This document shows, one piece after another, positions 1-9,454 of a stretch of 64,000 nt of DNA (positions are counted from its first letter, which is position 1; every line of letters starts with the position of its first letter). The position numbers were made by a program, and so were the translations under genes. Source of the stretch: an uncultured Candidatus Binatia bacterium. Its GTDB lineage: Bacteria > Desulfobacterota > Binatia > Bin18. The DNA lies in contig OZ241744.1 in NCBI GenBank assembly GCA_965200965.1, positions 1,984,001-2,048,000 of the forward strand, given 5' to 3'. A model generated the notes under the pieces. That model worked only from the letters and a program-made list of their open reading frames with translations. It ran no database searches and was not told the DNA's origin.

Positions 1-1023
1 GTCTTCGGCCTCTACCCAGTCCGGAACGTCCTGCGTCAGCTCGCCCTGGTCGCCGAACTTCCGGCCCACATGGGCAAAGTCCACCCCGGCCACAACGCAC
101 ACCGCCCGGCCCTCGTCTGCAATCGTCTTGCGCAGGGCGGCCAGAAAATCAGTCACCCGGGGCGTCTCAGTCGGCGGCGTCCAGGTCATGATCATGTGGT
201 GAAAAGACGACACCAGGATCGGCACGACCGTAAAATCCTGTCGGTCGGCCAGGGAATACTTGAGGAACAGCATCTGAAACTCGAGCGAATGCTCGGTCCG
301 GTGCAGCAACTCATCGGCAAACAGATCGTGGCCACAGTTAGTCTGCAAGGCGTTCACAAACGCCCGGTCGGTTGTGACCGGCCCCAGCGGCGTCGCATAG
401 TCCCTGCAGGTCGAAACAAACAACTCGGTGCCCGCGGTGTGCGAGGTTCCCAGTACAATGAACAGCTCAGCCTCGGACTGCTCGGCCAACTCCTTATACG
501 CCCAGGCGTAGGTCGGGCCGCCGACCCGCAGGTCAATATGGGGGGCGATCAGACCGCGCAGCGGCTCCCCGCTCTGGCCGCCGGCCCCGGGCCGGCCCGG
601 TCCCTGCTCGTCGCCGAAAAAGCCCGTCATCTGCCGACGGAACTCGTCGGCCTGTGACGAGTAACGGGTATCAGCGTGGGCCATGTCGCGGACTGTGGCC
701 CGGCGGAAGGCGGCCAGCGTCCCCTGCTGGAGGCGGGCAAAGCGCTCGCTGTCCAAGTAATAGCAGGCGTCCAACTGCGCAATCAGGCTCCGTAACTGCT
801 CGCCGGGCAGGACTTGGCTGAACTGGCGGGTAAACGCCTCCTGGATGTCCGGCAGCGAGTGCTGGCCGTCAAAATGGCTCAGGATAAAACAGGTGGCCGG
901 GGGCAACAGCAGCGACTCGGTGGCGTAGTTCTGCGGGTCACGCAGATAGATGCGGGTGGCGTTTTCGACCGACACCGAAAAAGCCTCAACCGGCCGCAGT
1001 CCAGGATAGTCCAGCGCACTCAT
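1..1023 (-). CDS. AmmeMemoRadiSam system protein B / MEMO1 family (3' end runs off the window)
   Basis: Not in the ORF track. Manual translation from the ATG at 1023 gives MSALDYPGLRPVEAF...GLIAPHIDLRVGG...LGTSH...HRTEHSLEFQ...AGVDFAHVG, which are MEMO1 motifs; open to position 1. Confidence 0.88.
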   Translation of the reverse strand, partial: MSALDYPGLRPVEAFSVSVENATRIYLRDPQNYATESLLLPPATCFILSHFDGQHSLPDIQEAFTRQFSQVLPGEQLRSLIAQLDACYYLDSERFARLQQGTLAAFRRATVRDMAHADTRYSSQADEFRRQMTGFFGDEQGPGRPGAGGQSGEPLRGLIAPHIDLRVGGPTYAWAYKELAEQSEAELFIVLGTSHTAGTELFVSTCRDYATPLGPVTTDRAFVNALQTNCGHDLFADELLHRTEHSLEFQMLFLKYSLADRQDFTVVPILVSSFHHMIMTWTPPTETPRVTDFLAALRKTIADEGRAVCVVAGVDFAHVGRKFGDQGELTQDVPDWVEAED

Positions 1024-1378
1024 ACTGCCCCTCGCACCCTCCCTCAAGGGGAGGCTGAAGCTGGATTGCAGACTGCACAGAAGATTCCTGGAGCGGACAG
1101 ACACTTGGTGTACAAGGGCCAGTGCCCACAGCTTTTAGCCGGAATGACCAGGGGAGAAGGGCTTGCTCGGAGGGCAGCAGAAACGTGGAGGTCGGCGTAG
1201 CCGCCAAGTGGAAGCCGACATGTCACAAGCAGGGGTATCCAGACTGATGCGCCGCTCAGCCGACCGACAAGCTGCTGGCGGGCCTCCCTGACCGTGTCCC
1301 CCTCCAGGGAGGGAATGGTACCCGCCAACGCCGAAACTTCATCACCTCCACGCCCTTTAATCACCCCAATCACATAAA

Positions 1379-1594
1379 TCACAGATCAGCCGGCCCGATT
1401 GAGGCTGTCCGGGCAAGTTGTCTTCTTCGACGACGAACAGCCGCTTGCCGACCTGGACAGGTAATGACCGCCAGGGCGCTGTTCAGCGCGGCCAGCCAGC
1501 CGGTAAAGCATCGGGTGGGCAGGGTCTCGAACAAGGGCTCGCTCTCAGGCCGATTGGCCGTGTCGGTCTTTGTTCCGTTTGGTTTTTGCTCCAT
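1379..1594 (-). CDS. hypothetical protein (71 aa)
   Basis: ATG-started ORF filling the gap divergent from the LPS operon; no motif recognised. Confidence 0.3.
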   Translation of the reverse strand: MEQKPNGTKTDTANRPESEPLFETLPTRCFTGWLAALNSALAVITCPGRQAAVRRRRRQLARTASIGPADL

Positions 1595-1710
1595 AGCCGT
1601 TGTCGTGCCGAATCGGGCCGCTATGCGCTAGGCGGGTGCCATTGGATTCCGGCCGCAAACTTGCCTATAGTGGACAAGATGAAACGCGCCTGGGGGATGG
1701 AAGACCCACC

Positions 1711-2655
1711 ATGAGTTCTTACCCGGCGTGCCTGCGGGTCGGCGTGGTTGGCGTCGGCCATCTGGGACGCTTCCATGTCGAGAAATACGCCGGCCAGCCC
1801 GCTGTCAGCCTGGTCGGAGTGGTGGATGTGGACCGCGGGCGGGCCGGTGCGCTGGCCGATCAATATCAGGCTGAGGCGCTGGTGGATTACCAGGAGCTGG
1901 TCGGCCGGGTGGAGTGCGTGAGCCTAGCCGTGCCCACCCAACTTCACCACGCGATTGCGCGGGATTTTCTGCGGCAGGGAGTGGATGTGCTGGTCGAAAA
2001 GCCGCTGACCGCCACCGCCGCGGAGGGCCGCGAGCTGGTTGAGCTGGCCGCCCAAACCGGACGGATTCTTCAGGTCGGGCATCTGGAGCGCTTCAACCCG
2101 GCGCTGCGCTCGCTGAGCGGTATTTTGACTACGCCCCGGTTTATCGAATGCCAGCGGGTCGCGCCATTTGTAGAGCGCGGGACCGATGTTGATGTGGTGC
2201 GGGACCTGATGATCCATGACCTGGACGTGATTCTGAGTGTTGTCCGCTCAGAACCCAACTCGATTGAGGCATTTGGCGTGCCGGTCCTGACCTCAGAACC
2301 GGATATCGCCCATGTCCGGCTGCGCTTTGCTTCGGGCTGTATCGCCAATATCACGGCTAGCCGGGTGGCCCTTAAACGGGAGCGCAAGATGCGTATTTTT
2401 CAGCCCAATACCTATCTGGTGGTGGATTACGGCGAACACCGCATACGGATCTGTTGGCGGGAGCCTGGGTCCGGGAGCCTGCCAAACCTGCGCTTTGAGG
2501 AGCGTGAGGTGAACGGCGAAGACGCCCTGGAAGAAGAAATCCGTGACTTTCTCCGGGCGGTGCGCACCCGCACCACGCCTGTTGTCAGTGGCCGTGAGGG
2601 TCTCCAGGCCCTGGAGCTGGCCGAACAGATCATTGCCAGCCTCGAAATCCCTTAG
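1711..2655 (+). CDS. Gfo/Idh/MocA NAD-dependent oxidoreductase, GnnA-like (UDP-GlcNAc 3-dehydrogenase)
   Basis: GVVGVGHLG Rossmann motif, VEKP, VGHLERFNP, DLMIHDLD; directly upstream of lpxB, as gnnA is in other bacteria. Confidence 0.85.
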   Translation: MSSYPACLRVGVVGVGHLGRFHVEKYAGQPAVSLVGVVDVDRGRAGALADQYQAEALVDYQELVGRVECVSLAVPTQLHHAIARDFLRQGVDVLVEKPLTATAAEGRELVELAAQTGRILQVGHLERFNPALRSLSGILTTPRFIECQRVAPFVERGTDVDVVRDLMIHDLDVILSVVRSEPNSIEAFGVPVLTSEPDIAHVRLRFASGCIANITASRVALKRERKMRIFQPNTYLVVDYGEHRIRICWREPGSGSLPNLRFEEREVNGEDALEEEIRDFLRAVRTRTTPVVSGREGLQALELAEQIIASLEIP

Positions 2656-2696
2656 TCGCCGGAAACCCCTGCCCTCCACCCTGAAAAGACCCCAAC

Positions 2697-3851
2697 ATGC
2701 CTCTTTCCTCCTCCCCGGTCCCCAGCCTTCAGCCCGCCACACGGCGCATTCTGCTGGTCGCCGGCGAAACCTCGGGCGATGTCCACGGCGCAGACGTGGT
2801 CCGCAGCCTCAAAGCCCGAGCGCCGCGCGTCAAGGTCTTCGGCGTGGGCGGACCGGCGCTGCGGACGGCCGGGATGCAAACCCTGGTGGACAGCACCGCC
2901 ATTGCCGGCATGGGGCTGTTTGAGGCCAGGGATAAGCTCGGCAACCTGATTCGCGCCTATCATCGGCTCAGCCGGCTGTTGCGCCGCCAGCCGCCCGACC
3001 TGCTGCTCCTGATCGATTTCCCGGAGTTCAACCTGCGCCTGGCAAAAGTGGCCAAACGGGCCGGAGTGCCGGTGTTCTACTACATCAGCCCCCAGGTATG
3101 GGCGTGGCGGCCGCGGCGGGTCTACACCATCACCAAACGGGTGGACCGGCTGGCCGTGGTCTTCCCCTTTGAACCGGACTTCTACGCCGCCTACGGCTGT
3201 GTGGTCGAGTTTGTCGGCCATCCGCTGGTGGACCGGGTGCGGGCGACCCGCTCGCGAGAGGAGACTCTGCGGCACTACCGGCTTGAGTCCGAGCGGCCGA
3301 CGCTGGCCCTGCTGCCGGGCAGCCGGGCGCACGAAGTGCGCTATCTGCTGCCGTCGCTACTGGGTGCCGCGGCCCGGCTCGGCCCTGCCTATCAGTGCAT
3401 CCTGGCCCTGGCCCCGGGCCTGGATCGGGCCGTGCTTGAACCGCTGGCCGGCCCTGTCCGGGTGGCGCAGGACGACACCTATAATGTCGTCCATGCGGCA
3501 GACTTGGCGGTGGTCGCCTCGGGTACCGCCACCCTGGAAACCGCTCTGCTGGAGCGGCCGATGGTCATTGTGTACCGCATGGCATGGCTGAGCTATGCGC
3601 TGGCCCGGGCCTTTGTCAGGGTGCCGTTTATCGGAATGCCGAATCTGATCGCCGAGCGGCGGGTCGTGCCGGAATTGATCCAGGGGGCGGTAACGCCGGA
3701 CCGGGTTGCCGACGAGGCCCGGCGCTTGCTCAGCAGCCGCCGAGCGTATAGCGTGGCGCAACAGGGTTTGCGGGAGGTCCGACGTCGGCTGGGAGATGGC
3801 GGCGCGGCCCAACGGACCGCCGGCCTGATTGTGAACATGATCTACCAATGA
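2697..3851 (+). CDS. lpxB: lipid-A-disaccharide synthase
   Basis: VAGETSGD, IDFPEFN, YYISPQVWAWR, FVGHPL, LLPGSR, SGTATLE. Confidence 0.96.
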   Translation: MPLSSSPVPSLQPATRRILLVAGETSGDVHGADVVRSLKARAPRVKVFGVGGPALRTAGMQTLVDSTAIAGMGLFEARDKLGNLIRAYHRLSRLLRRQPPDLLLLIDFPEFNLRLAKVAKRAGVPVFYYISPQVWAWRPRRVYTITKRVDRLAVVFPFEPDFYAAYGCVVEFVGHPLVDRVRATRSREETLRHYRLESERPTLALLPGSRAHEVRYLLPSLLGAAARLGPAYQCILALAPGLDRAVLEPLAGPVRVAQDDTYNVVHAADLAVVASGTATLETALLERPMVIVYRMAWLSYALARAFVRVPFIGMPNLIAERRVVPELIQGAVTPDRVADEARRLLSSRRAYSVAQQGLREVRRRLGDGGAAQRTAGLIVNMIYQ

Positions 3852-5575
3852 AAATCTACCGTCGCCTCCTGCCGTTCCTGCGCCCCTATCTGGCACGGTT
3901 TTTTCTGGCGCTCGGCTGCATGGTGGTCTTCAGCGCGACGAGCGGCGCACTCCCGTTTGTGGTTGAGCACATCTTTGACGATATCTTTGCCGAGAAAAAT
4001 CTGGAATCGCTCCGCATTCTGCCGCTCATCATCATCGGGGTGTTTGTGGTCCGCGGGCTGGTCAATTTTGGTCATACCTATCTGATGGAACATGTGGGGC
4101 AGCGCATTGTCGAAGACCTGCGCAATCGCCTCAACAGCCATCTCCAATATCTGTCGGTTGCCTACTTCCACAACAACCCGACCGGCACGATTCTCTCCCG
4201 GGTCACCAACGATACGACCCTGGTCCGCGAAGCCCTGACCCAGACCTCGGCCTCAATGATGAAGGATGCTACCACGCTGCTGGCCCTGGTCATCGTGGCC
4301 TTTGTCAAAGACTGGTTTCTGGCCGTCCTGGCCTTCATCGTGTTTCCGCTCACCATTCTGCCCCTGATGCAGGTGTATAAAAAAGTCCGCCGCTTCAGCC
4401 GCCAGGGTCAGGGGGCGCTCGGCTATCTGTCAGCCCTGCTCCAGGAGGCCATTCAGGGCAACCGGGTGGTCAAAGCGTTTGGCATGGAAGCCTACGAGCA
4501 GCAGCGCTTTGCCGAGGAAAACCGGCGGATCTTTCGCCACGCCATGCGAGCCGGCCAACTCCGGGCGTTTGTCCCGTCTATGGTAGAACTGGTTGCCGCC
4601 TGCGGTATTGCCGCGGTAGTGTGGTATGGTGGCTCCAGCGTGATCGAGGGTGGGCGGACCCAGGGCGCGTTTGTGGCCTTTCTGACCGCCATGCTGTTGT
4701 TGTACGAACCATTCAAGCATCTGACCCGGACCAACACGGCTATCCAGACCGGACTAGCGGCCGCGGAGCGGCTGTTTGAGGTCCTGGACGAACCGCCAGA
4801 AGTAACCGACCGGCCCGGGGCACGGTGTCTGACGACGGTCGCCCGGGGGGTGCGCTTCGAGCAGGTGTCTTTCCGCTATGGGCAGGAGTGGGTGCTAAGA
4901 GATATCTGCCTCAATATCCGGGCCGGCGAGGTCGTAGCCCTCGTCGGCCCGAGCGGCGGCGGCAAAAGTACCCTGGCCGACCTGATCCCCCGCTTTTACG
5001 ATGTGGAGCGGGGCCGCATCTGCATTGATGGTGCCGATATCCGCGATATCACCCTGCAATCGCTGCGGGCCCAGATCGCGGTTGTCACCCAGTTTACCTT
5101 TCTGTTTAACGACACGGTGCGCAATAATATCGCCTACGGCGGGCCGTCCCGCCCGCTCGAAGAGGTCGTTGCCGCGGCCGAGGCGGCCTATGCCCACGAT
5201 TTCATTGCGGCCCTGCCCGATGGCTACGATACCGTTATTGGCGAGTTGGGCGTGCGCCTGTCGGGCGGCCAGCGTCAACGGCTGGCGATTGCCCGCGCCC
5301 TGCTCAAAAACGCGCCCATTCTCATCCTTGACGAAGCCACTTCATCGCTCGATACCGAGTCGGAGCGGCTGGTGCAGGCGGCCATTGAACGGGTGATGAC
5401 CGACCGCACGGTTCTGGTCATCGCCCACCGCCTATCGACCATTCAGCGCGCCGACCGGATTGTCGTGATCCAGGACGGGCAGATTGTTGAAGAGGGCGGC
5501 CACGAAGAACTGCTGGCCTACAACGCACGCTATCGCAAGCTGTACGACCTCCAATTCCAGGACAGCCCGCGTTGA
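3848..5575 (+). CDS. msbA: lipid A export ABC transporter (permease + ATPase)
   Basis: TM domain plus Walker A GPSGGGKST, LSGGQRQR and ILDEATS; located in the lipid A operon. Confidence 0.9.
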   Translation: MKIYRRLLPFLRPYLARFFLALGCMVVFSATSGALPFVVEHIFDDIFAEKNLESLRILPLIIIGVFVVRGLVNFGHTYLMEHVGQRIVEDLRNRLNSHLQYLSVAYFHNNPTGTILSRVTNDTTLVREALTQTSASMMKDATTLLALVIVAFVKDWFLAVLAFIVFPLTILPLMQVYKKVRRFSRQGQGALGYLSALLQEAIQGNRVVKAFGMEAYEQQRFAEENRRIFRHAMRAGQLRAFVPSMVELVAACGIAAVVWYGGSSVIEGGRTQGAFVAFLTAMLLLYEPFKHLTRTNTAIQTGLAAAERLFEVLDEPPEVTDRPGARCLTTVARGVRFEQVSFRYGQEWVLRDICLNIRAGEVVALVGPSGGGKSTLADLIPRFYDVERGRICIDGADIRDITLQSLRAQIAVVTQFTFLFNDTVRNNIAYGGPSRPLEEVVAAAEAAYAHDFIAALPDGYDTVIGELGVRLSGGQRQRLAIARALLKNAPILILDEATSSLDTESERLVQAAIERVMTDRTVLVIAHRLSTIQRADRIVVIQDGQIVEEGGHEELLAYNARYRKLYDLQFQDSPR

Positions 5576-6312
5576 CGGCCGCCGCGCAGCACAGGAAGAT
5601 CTTACCGATGGCTTCTCCCCCAGCCTTCATCAATGCGCCGCGTTTCTCCGGGACCGAAGAACTCAAAATCCGGGGCTGGACCGGCCTCGCCCTCGGTGCC
5701 CTGTGGACCTTGAGCAAGACCGTGCGTATCGAATATGTGGGGACGCAGGAGTTGTTTGCCGACTGGGCCCGGGGTGGGCAGGTCATTCTGGCCTTTTGGC
5801 ATAACCGGATGGTCCTGATGCCCTTCCCCTACCGGGGGCGGAAAGCCTGTATCATGAACAGCGTTCACCGGGACGGGGAAATCATCTCGCGGGTCATCAG
5901 CCGCTTCAAGATTCTCTCGGTGCGGGGCTCTTCAACCCGGGGCTGGGTCGCCGGCCTCAAAGGCATGGGCGAGGCCTACCGGGCGGGCTATGACTGCATT
6001 CTTGTCCCTGATGGGCCGCGCGGCCCGCGCTATCGGGCCAAACCTGGGGTCTTGCAGTTGGCCCGGGCCACCGGCGGCCCGGTCTATCCGGTCACCTGTG
6101 GCGCGGCCTGGAAAACGACGGTCGGCAGTTGGGACCGGCTGCTCATCCCGCTGCCCTTCAGCAGGATTGTATATATTGCTGGATCGCCGGTCCGGGTGCC
6201 GGCCGACGCGTCGGCCACGGTGATGGAAACAAAGCGCCGTGAGTTGGAACAGCGGCTGCGTCAGATTACAACCCGGGCTGACGCCTATTTCACCCCGGAC
6301 CAGAGCGGATGA
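5572..6312 (+). CDS. DUF374 lysophospholipid acyltransferase-family protein (LpxJ-like lipid A secondary acyltransferase)
   Basis: FWH, S-x-H-R-D-G-E, RGSS, PDGPRGP, SWDR..PLPF motifs; start may be the ATG at 5608. Confidence 0.85.
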   Translation: MTAAAQHRKILPMASPPAFINAPRFSGTEELKIRGWTGLALGALWTLSKTVRIEYVGTQELFADWARGGQVILAFWHNRMVLMPFPYRGRKACIMNSVHRDGEIISRVISRFKILSVRGSSTRGWVAGLKGMGEAYRAGYDCILVPDGPRGPRYRAKPGVLQLARATGGPVYPVTCGAAWKTTVGSWDRLLIPLPFSRIVYIAGSPVRVPADASATVMETKRRELEQRLRQITTRADAYFTPDQSG

Positions 6313-7613
6313 ACATGGGCCGACTTGTGTACAACTGTGTCCTGACCCTGGGCGGCCTGCTGATCCTGCCGTTCATCGGCTTGACCCTGCTGGTCCGCCC
6401 GCGCTACCGTTTGGGTCTGGCGCAACGGCTGAGCTGTCTGCCGGCTGCCGTCACCCGTCGCCTAGGAGCCGGGCCGGTGGTGTGGCTGCACGCCCCGTCG
6501 GTGGGTGAGAGCCTAGCCACCCGGCCCTTTGTGCAGGGGCTGAAAGCCCAGTTTCCCGACGCCAGCGTGGTGCTCTCGGTCCTGACCCCGACGGCCTACC
6601 GGCTGGCCAGCAGCCGGCTGCCAGAGGCCGACGCGGTGATCTACTTCCCGCTTGACCATCCGCTGTGTGTCAGACATACGGTAGAGCAACTCCGGCCACG
6701 GGTCTTTTTTTTTACAGAAACCGAAATATGGCCCAACTGTCTGTCTGTGCTCATCCGGCAGGGCATCCCGGCCATCCTGGTCAGCGGCCGGTTCTCGGCC
6801 CGGGCCGCGCGCCGCTACGGTGTGTTGCGGCCCGTGTTTGCGCCCGTGTTTCGGACGCTGAGCCTGTGCTGTATGCAGACCCGAGCCGATGCCGAGCGCC
6901 TGATCGCCGCCGGAGCTCCCCGGCCGCGGGTTGTGGTGACCGGCAATTTCAAGGTGGACGGCAGTGTCCGGGCCGACGACCGGGGCACGGCCATCCTGGG
7001 CCAGCTCGGCCTAGCCGACCGACCGGTCCTGATAGCGGCCAGCACCCACCGGGGAGAAGAGGCGGTCGCGCTTGACGCCTACCGCCGGCTGCGGGCCGAT
7101 ATTGCCGAACTGCTGCTGCTGCTCGCCCCACGCTATCCGCAGCGTTTTGCCGAGGTCGAGAGTCTGCTGACCACAGCCTGCCTGAGCTATGCCAAACGGA
7201 GCCAGCCCGAGCCGCCCAGCGGTCCGGCTGTCGGCGTGTTGCTACTTGACAGCCTGGGGGAGCTGGCCTCGTTTTACTCGGCCGCGGCGGTCGTCTTTGT
7301 CGGTGGCAGTCTGGTCAAAGGACCGGGCGGACACAGTGTCATTGAACCGGCCCTGGCCCAGGTGCCGGTGTTGTTCGGGCCATATACCCGCAATTTTAGC
7401 TCGGTCGTTAAAGCGCTCAAACGGACCGGCGGGGGGGTCGAGGTGACAGATGCGGCCAGTCTGGCCCAGGCCGCGCTGCCCCTGCTCAAAGAGCCGGCGC
7501 TGAGTCAAGAGGCCGGCGGGCGGGCATATGCGGCTGTGGAGCAGGAGCGCGGCGCGGTTGAGCGGACCCTGGCGGCCATCGGCGAACGGCAGCTCGGGCC
7601 CGTGGCGGGGTGA
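6309..7613 (+). CDS. waaA: 3-deoxy-D-manno-octulosonic acid (Kdo) transferase
   Basis: WLHAPSVGE, ETEIWPN, TGNFK, AASTH, LAPR, VFVGGSL, GGH.IEPA. Confidence 0.95.
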   Translation: MNMGRLVYNCVLTLGGLLILPFIGLTLLVRPRYRLGLAQRLSCLPAAVTRRLGAGPVVWLHAPSVGESLATRPFVQGLKAQFPDASVVLSVLTPTAYRLASSRLPEADAVIYFPLDHPLCVRHTVEQLRPRVFFFTETEIWPNCLSVLIRQGIPAILVSGRFSARAARRYGVLRPVFAPVFRTLSLCCMQTRADAERLIAAGAPRPRVVVTGNFKVDGSVRADDRGTAILGQLGLADRPVLIAASTHRGEEAVALDAYRRLRADIAELLLLLAPRYPQRFAEVESLLTTACLSYAKRSQPEPPSGPAVGVLLLDSLGELASFYSAAAVVFVGGSLVKGPGGHSVIEPALAQVPVLFGPYTRNFSSVVKALKRTGGGVEVTDAASLAQAALPLLKEPALSQEAGGRAYAAVEQERGAVERTLAAIGERQLGPVAG

Positions 7614-7619
7614 GCGGAC

Positions 7620-8696
7620 ATGGCGAACCTCAAGCGCGTCATCCACGCCATCTGGCAGCACCGGCAGCCCTGGAGTTGGCTCGTATGGCTGTCGCTGACC
7701 CCGTTTGCGTTCGGCTTTTCGGGGCTTGTCCGGGTGCGGAACAGGCTGTACGACTGGCGGCTGCTGCCGGTCCGGCAGCCGGCCGCCAGGGTGATCAGCG
7801 TCGGCAATCTGACCGTCGGCGGCAGCGGCAAGACCCCGTTTGTGCTGTGGCTGGCCCAGGCCCTCCAGGGTCGCACGAACTGGCGCATCGCCATCCTGAC
7901 CCGGGGCTATAAGGGCAGATGCTCAGGCCCGACCGCGGTCGGTGCTGGCGGAGAAGTCTGGGCTACGCCGGCCGAGGTCGGGGATGAGGCAGTCATGCTG
8001 GCCCGGACCTTCCCGGGCCTTGTCATTGCCGGAAAAAACCGGCTCGAATCCGCCCAGTTCGCCCGCCGGGAGTTTGGCAGCGAAGTGCTCATCCTGGATG
8101 ACGGCTTCCAACACCGAAAACTCAAACGCGACCTTGACCTGCTGCTCATCGCCGGCCCCCGAGCTGACCCCCAATGGCTCTTGCCGGCAGGCCCCTGGCG
8201 CGAGCCACTGTCGGCCGCCCGGCGGGCCGATATTGTGGTGTGGACCAAGCGGGGGCCGGCACGCCCTGCGCAACGGCCGCAGGGCGTGCCGCCCATCTTC
8301 TTCGGCGATCTCGTGCCTACCGGGCTCGTCGAGTCGCTCCAGGATAGCTGGCGCGAGCTGCCGCTCAGCCTGTTGTCCCATCAACGTGTGCTGGCCGTGG
8401 TCGGCATTGCTGACCCGCTGCCCTTCTATGCCCTGCTGCGGGAACACGATGCCGAGTTGACTGAAGTCGTGTCCTTTCCCGATCACTACACCTATACACA
8501 GGCGGATTGGCGAACTATTGTAGAGGCCGGTCGGAGTTGTGACCTGATTGTCACCACCGAAAAGGACTTGGTCAAATTAGAGCGGTTTCCTTTTCCGGCC
8601 AGTAAACTGGTAGCCCTGCGAGTGCGGATGCAGGTCAGCGGTGCCGACCGCCTGCTGACCAGAATTGAACGCCAACTCCAGACCAAGACGGGATGA
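7620..8696 (+). CDS. lpxK: tetraacyldisaccharide 4'-kinase
   Basis: SVGNLTVGGSGKTP, RGY, GDEA, LDDGFQH, FPDH, TTEKD. Confidence 0.95.
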   Translation: MANLKRVIHAIWQHRQPWSWLVWLSLTPFAFGFSGLVRVRNRLYDWRLLPVRQPAARVISVGNLTVGGSGKTPFVLWLAQALQGRTNWRIAILTRGYKGRCSGPTAVGAGGEVWATPAEVGDEAVMLARTFPGLVIAGKNRLESAQFARREFGSEVLILDDGFQHRKLKRDLDLLLIAGPRADPQWLLPAGPWREPLSAARRADIVVWTKRGPARPAQRPQGVPPIFFGDLVPTGLVESLQDSWRELPLSLLSHQRVLAVVGIADPLPFYALLREHDAELTEVVSFPDHYTYTQADWRTIVEAGRSCDLIVTTEKDLVKLERFPFPASKLVALRVRMQVSGADRLLTRIERQLQTKTG

Positions 8697-8697
8697 T

Positions 8698-9432
8698 ATG
8701 GCCGCGCCGTTCCTCATCAAAGCGGTGACCGATCTCCTGGCCGATGTCCCCGCGGCGGGGCAGCAGCTGTTGGATGTGAGCTGTAAAGAGGGTGAGGTCT
8801 TGCGCGTCCTGCGGTCGCGCGGCTTTGTCCTGCGCGGGACAAACTTCGAGCCGAGCGGCCCCGGCCTCGGCGACATTCCGGTTGATTATGGGGTTGATCT
8901 GCGCCACTCCCTGCCGTATGACGACGCCAGCTTTGATGTGCTCCTGCTGGTTGAGGTGATTGAGCATCTGGAGAACCACCGGCTGGCCCTGACCGAACTG
9001 GCCCGCATCCTCAAGCCGGGCGGGCGGCTTATCCTGACCACCCCCAACATCATGCGCCTCAACTCGCGGCTGCATTTTTTTCTCAGCGGCTATCATAAGA
9101 CCAAGCGCCGCTTTATCCCGTTCGATACGTCGCTTGAGGACGCCCATCGTTTTCATAACTACCCGATTGATCTGCCAATTCTGTATTATCTGGGGAAACA
9201 GAACGGCCTGGAAATCGAACGCCTCGGCAGCAGCAAAGTCAAGGGCTACTCACGCCTGCTGTGGGCCGTGTTCGGCCTGCCGATTGTGGCCTATACTTGG
9301 TACACCCTCCAGTTGCGGGAAAAGAACCCACGCCAACAGCGCGAAAACAAACGCCTCCAGTCCTGGCTCGTCCACCCGCGGGTGATGCTGGAGGATAATC
9401 TGGTCGTGCGCTTTCGCAAGGCGGCCGGCTAA
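8698..9432 (+). CDS. class I SAM-dependent methyltransferase
   Basis: LPYDDASFD, EVIEHL, RILKPGGRLILTTPN; motif I is atypical (LDVSCKEG). Confidence 0.8.
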   Translation: MAAPFLIKAVTDLLADVPAAGQQLLDVSCKEGEVLRVLRSRGFVLRGTNFEPSGPGLGDIPVDYGVDLRHSLPYDDASFDVLLLVEVIEHLENHRLALTELARILKPGGRLILTTPNIMRLNSRLHFFLSGYHKTKRRFIPFDTSLEDAHRFHNYPIDLPILYYLGKQNGLEIERLGSSKVKGYSRLLWAVFGLPIVAYTWYTLQLREKNPRQQRENKRLQSWLVHPRVMLEDNLVVRFRKAAG

Positions 9433-9454
9433 GCCAGTGTTCAGGTCTCTCCCC

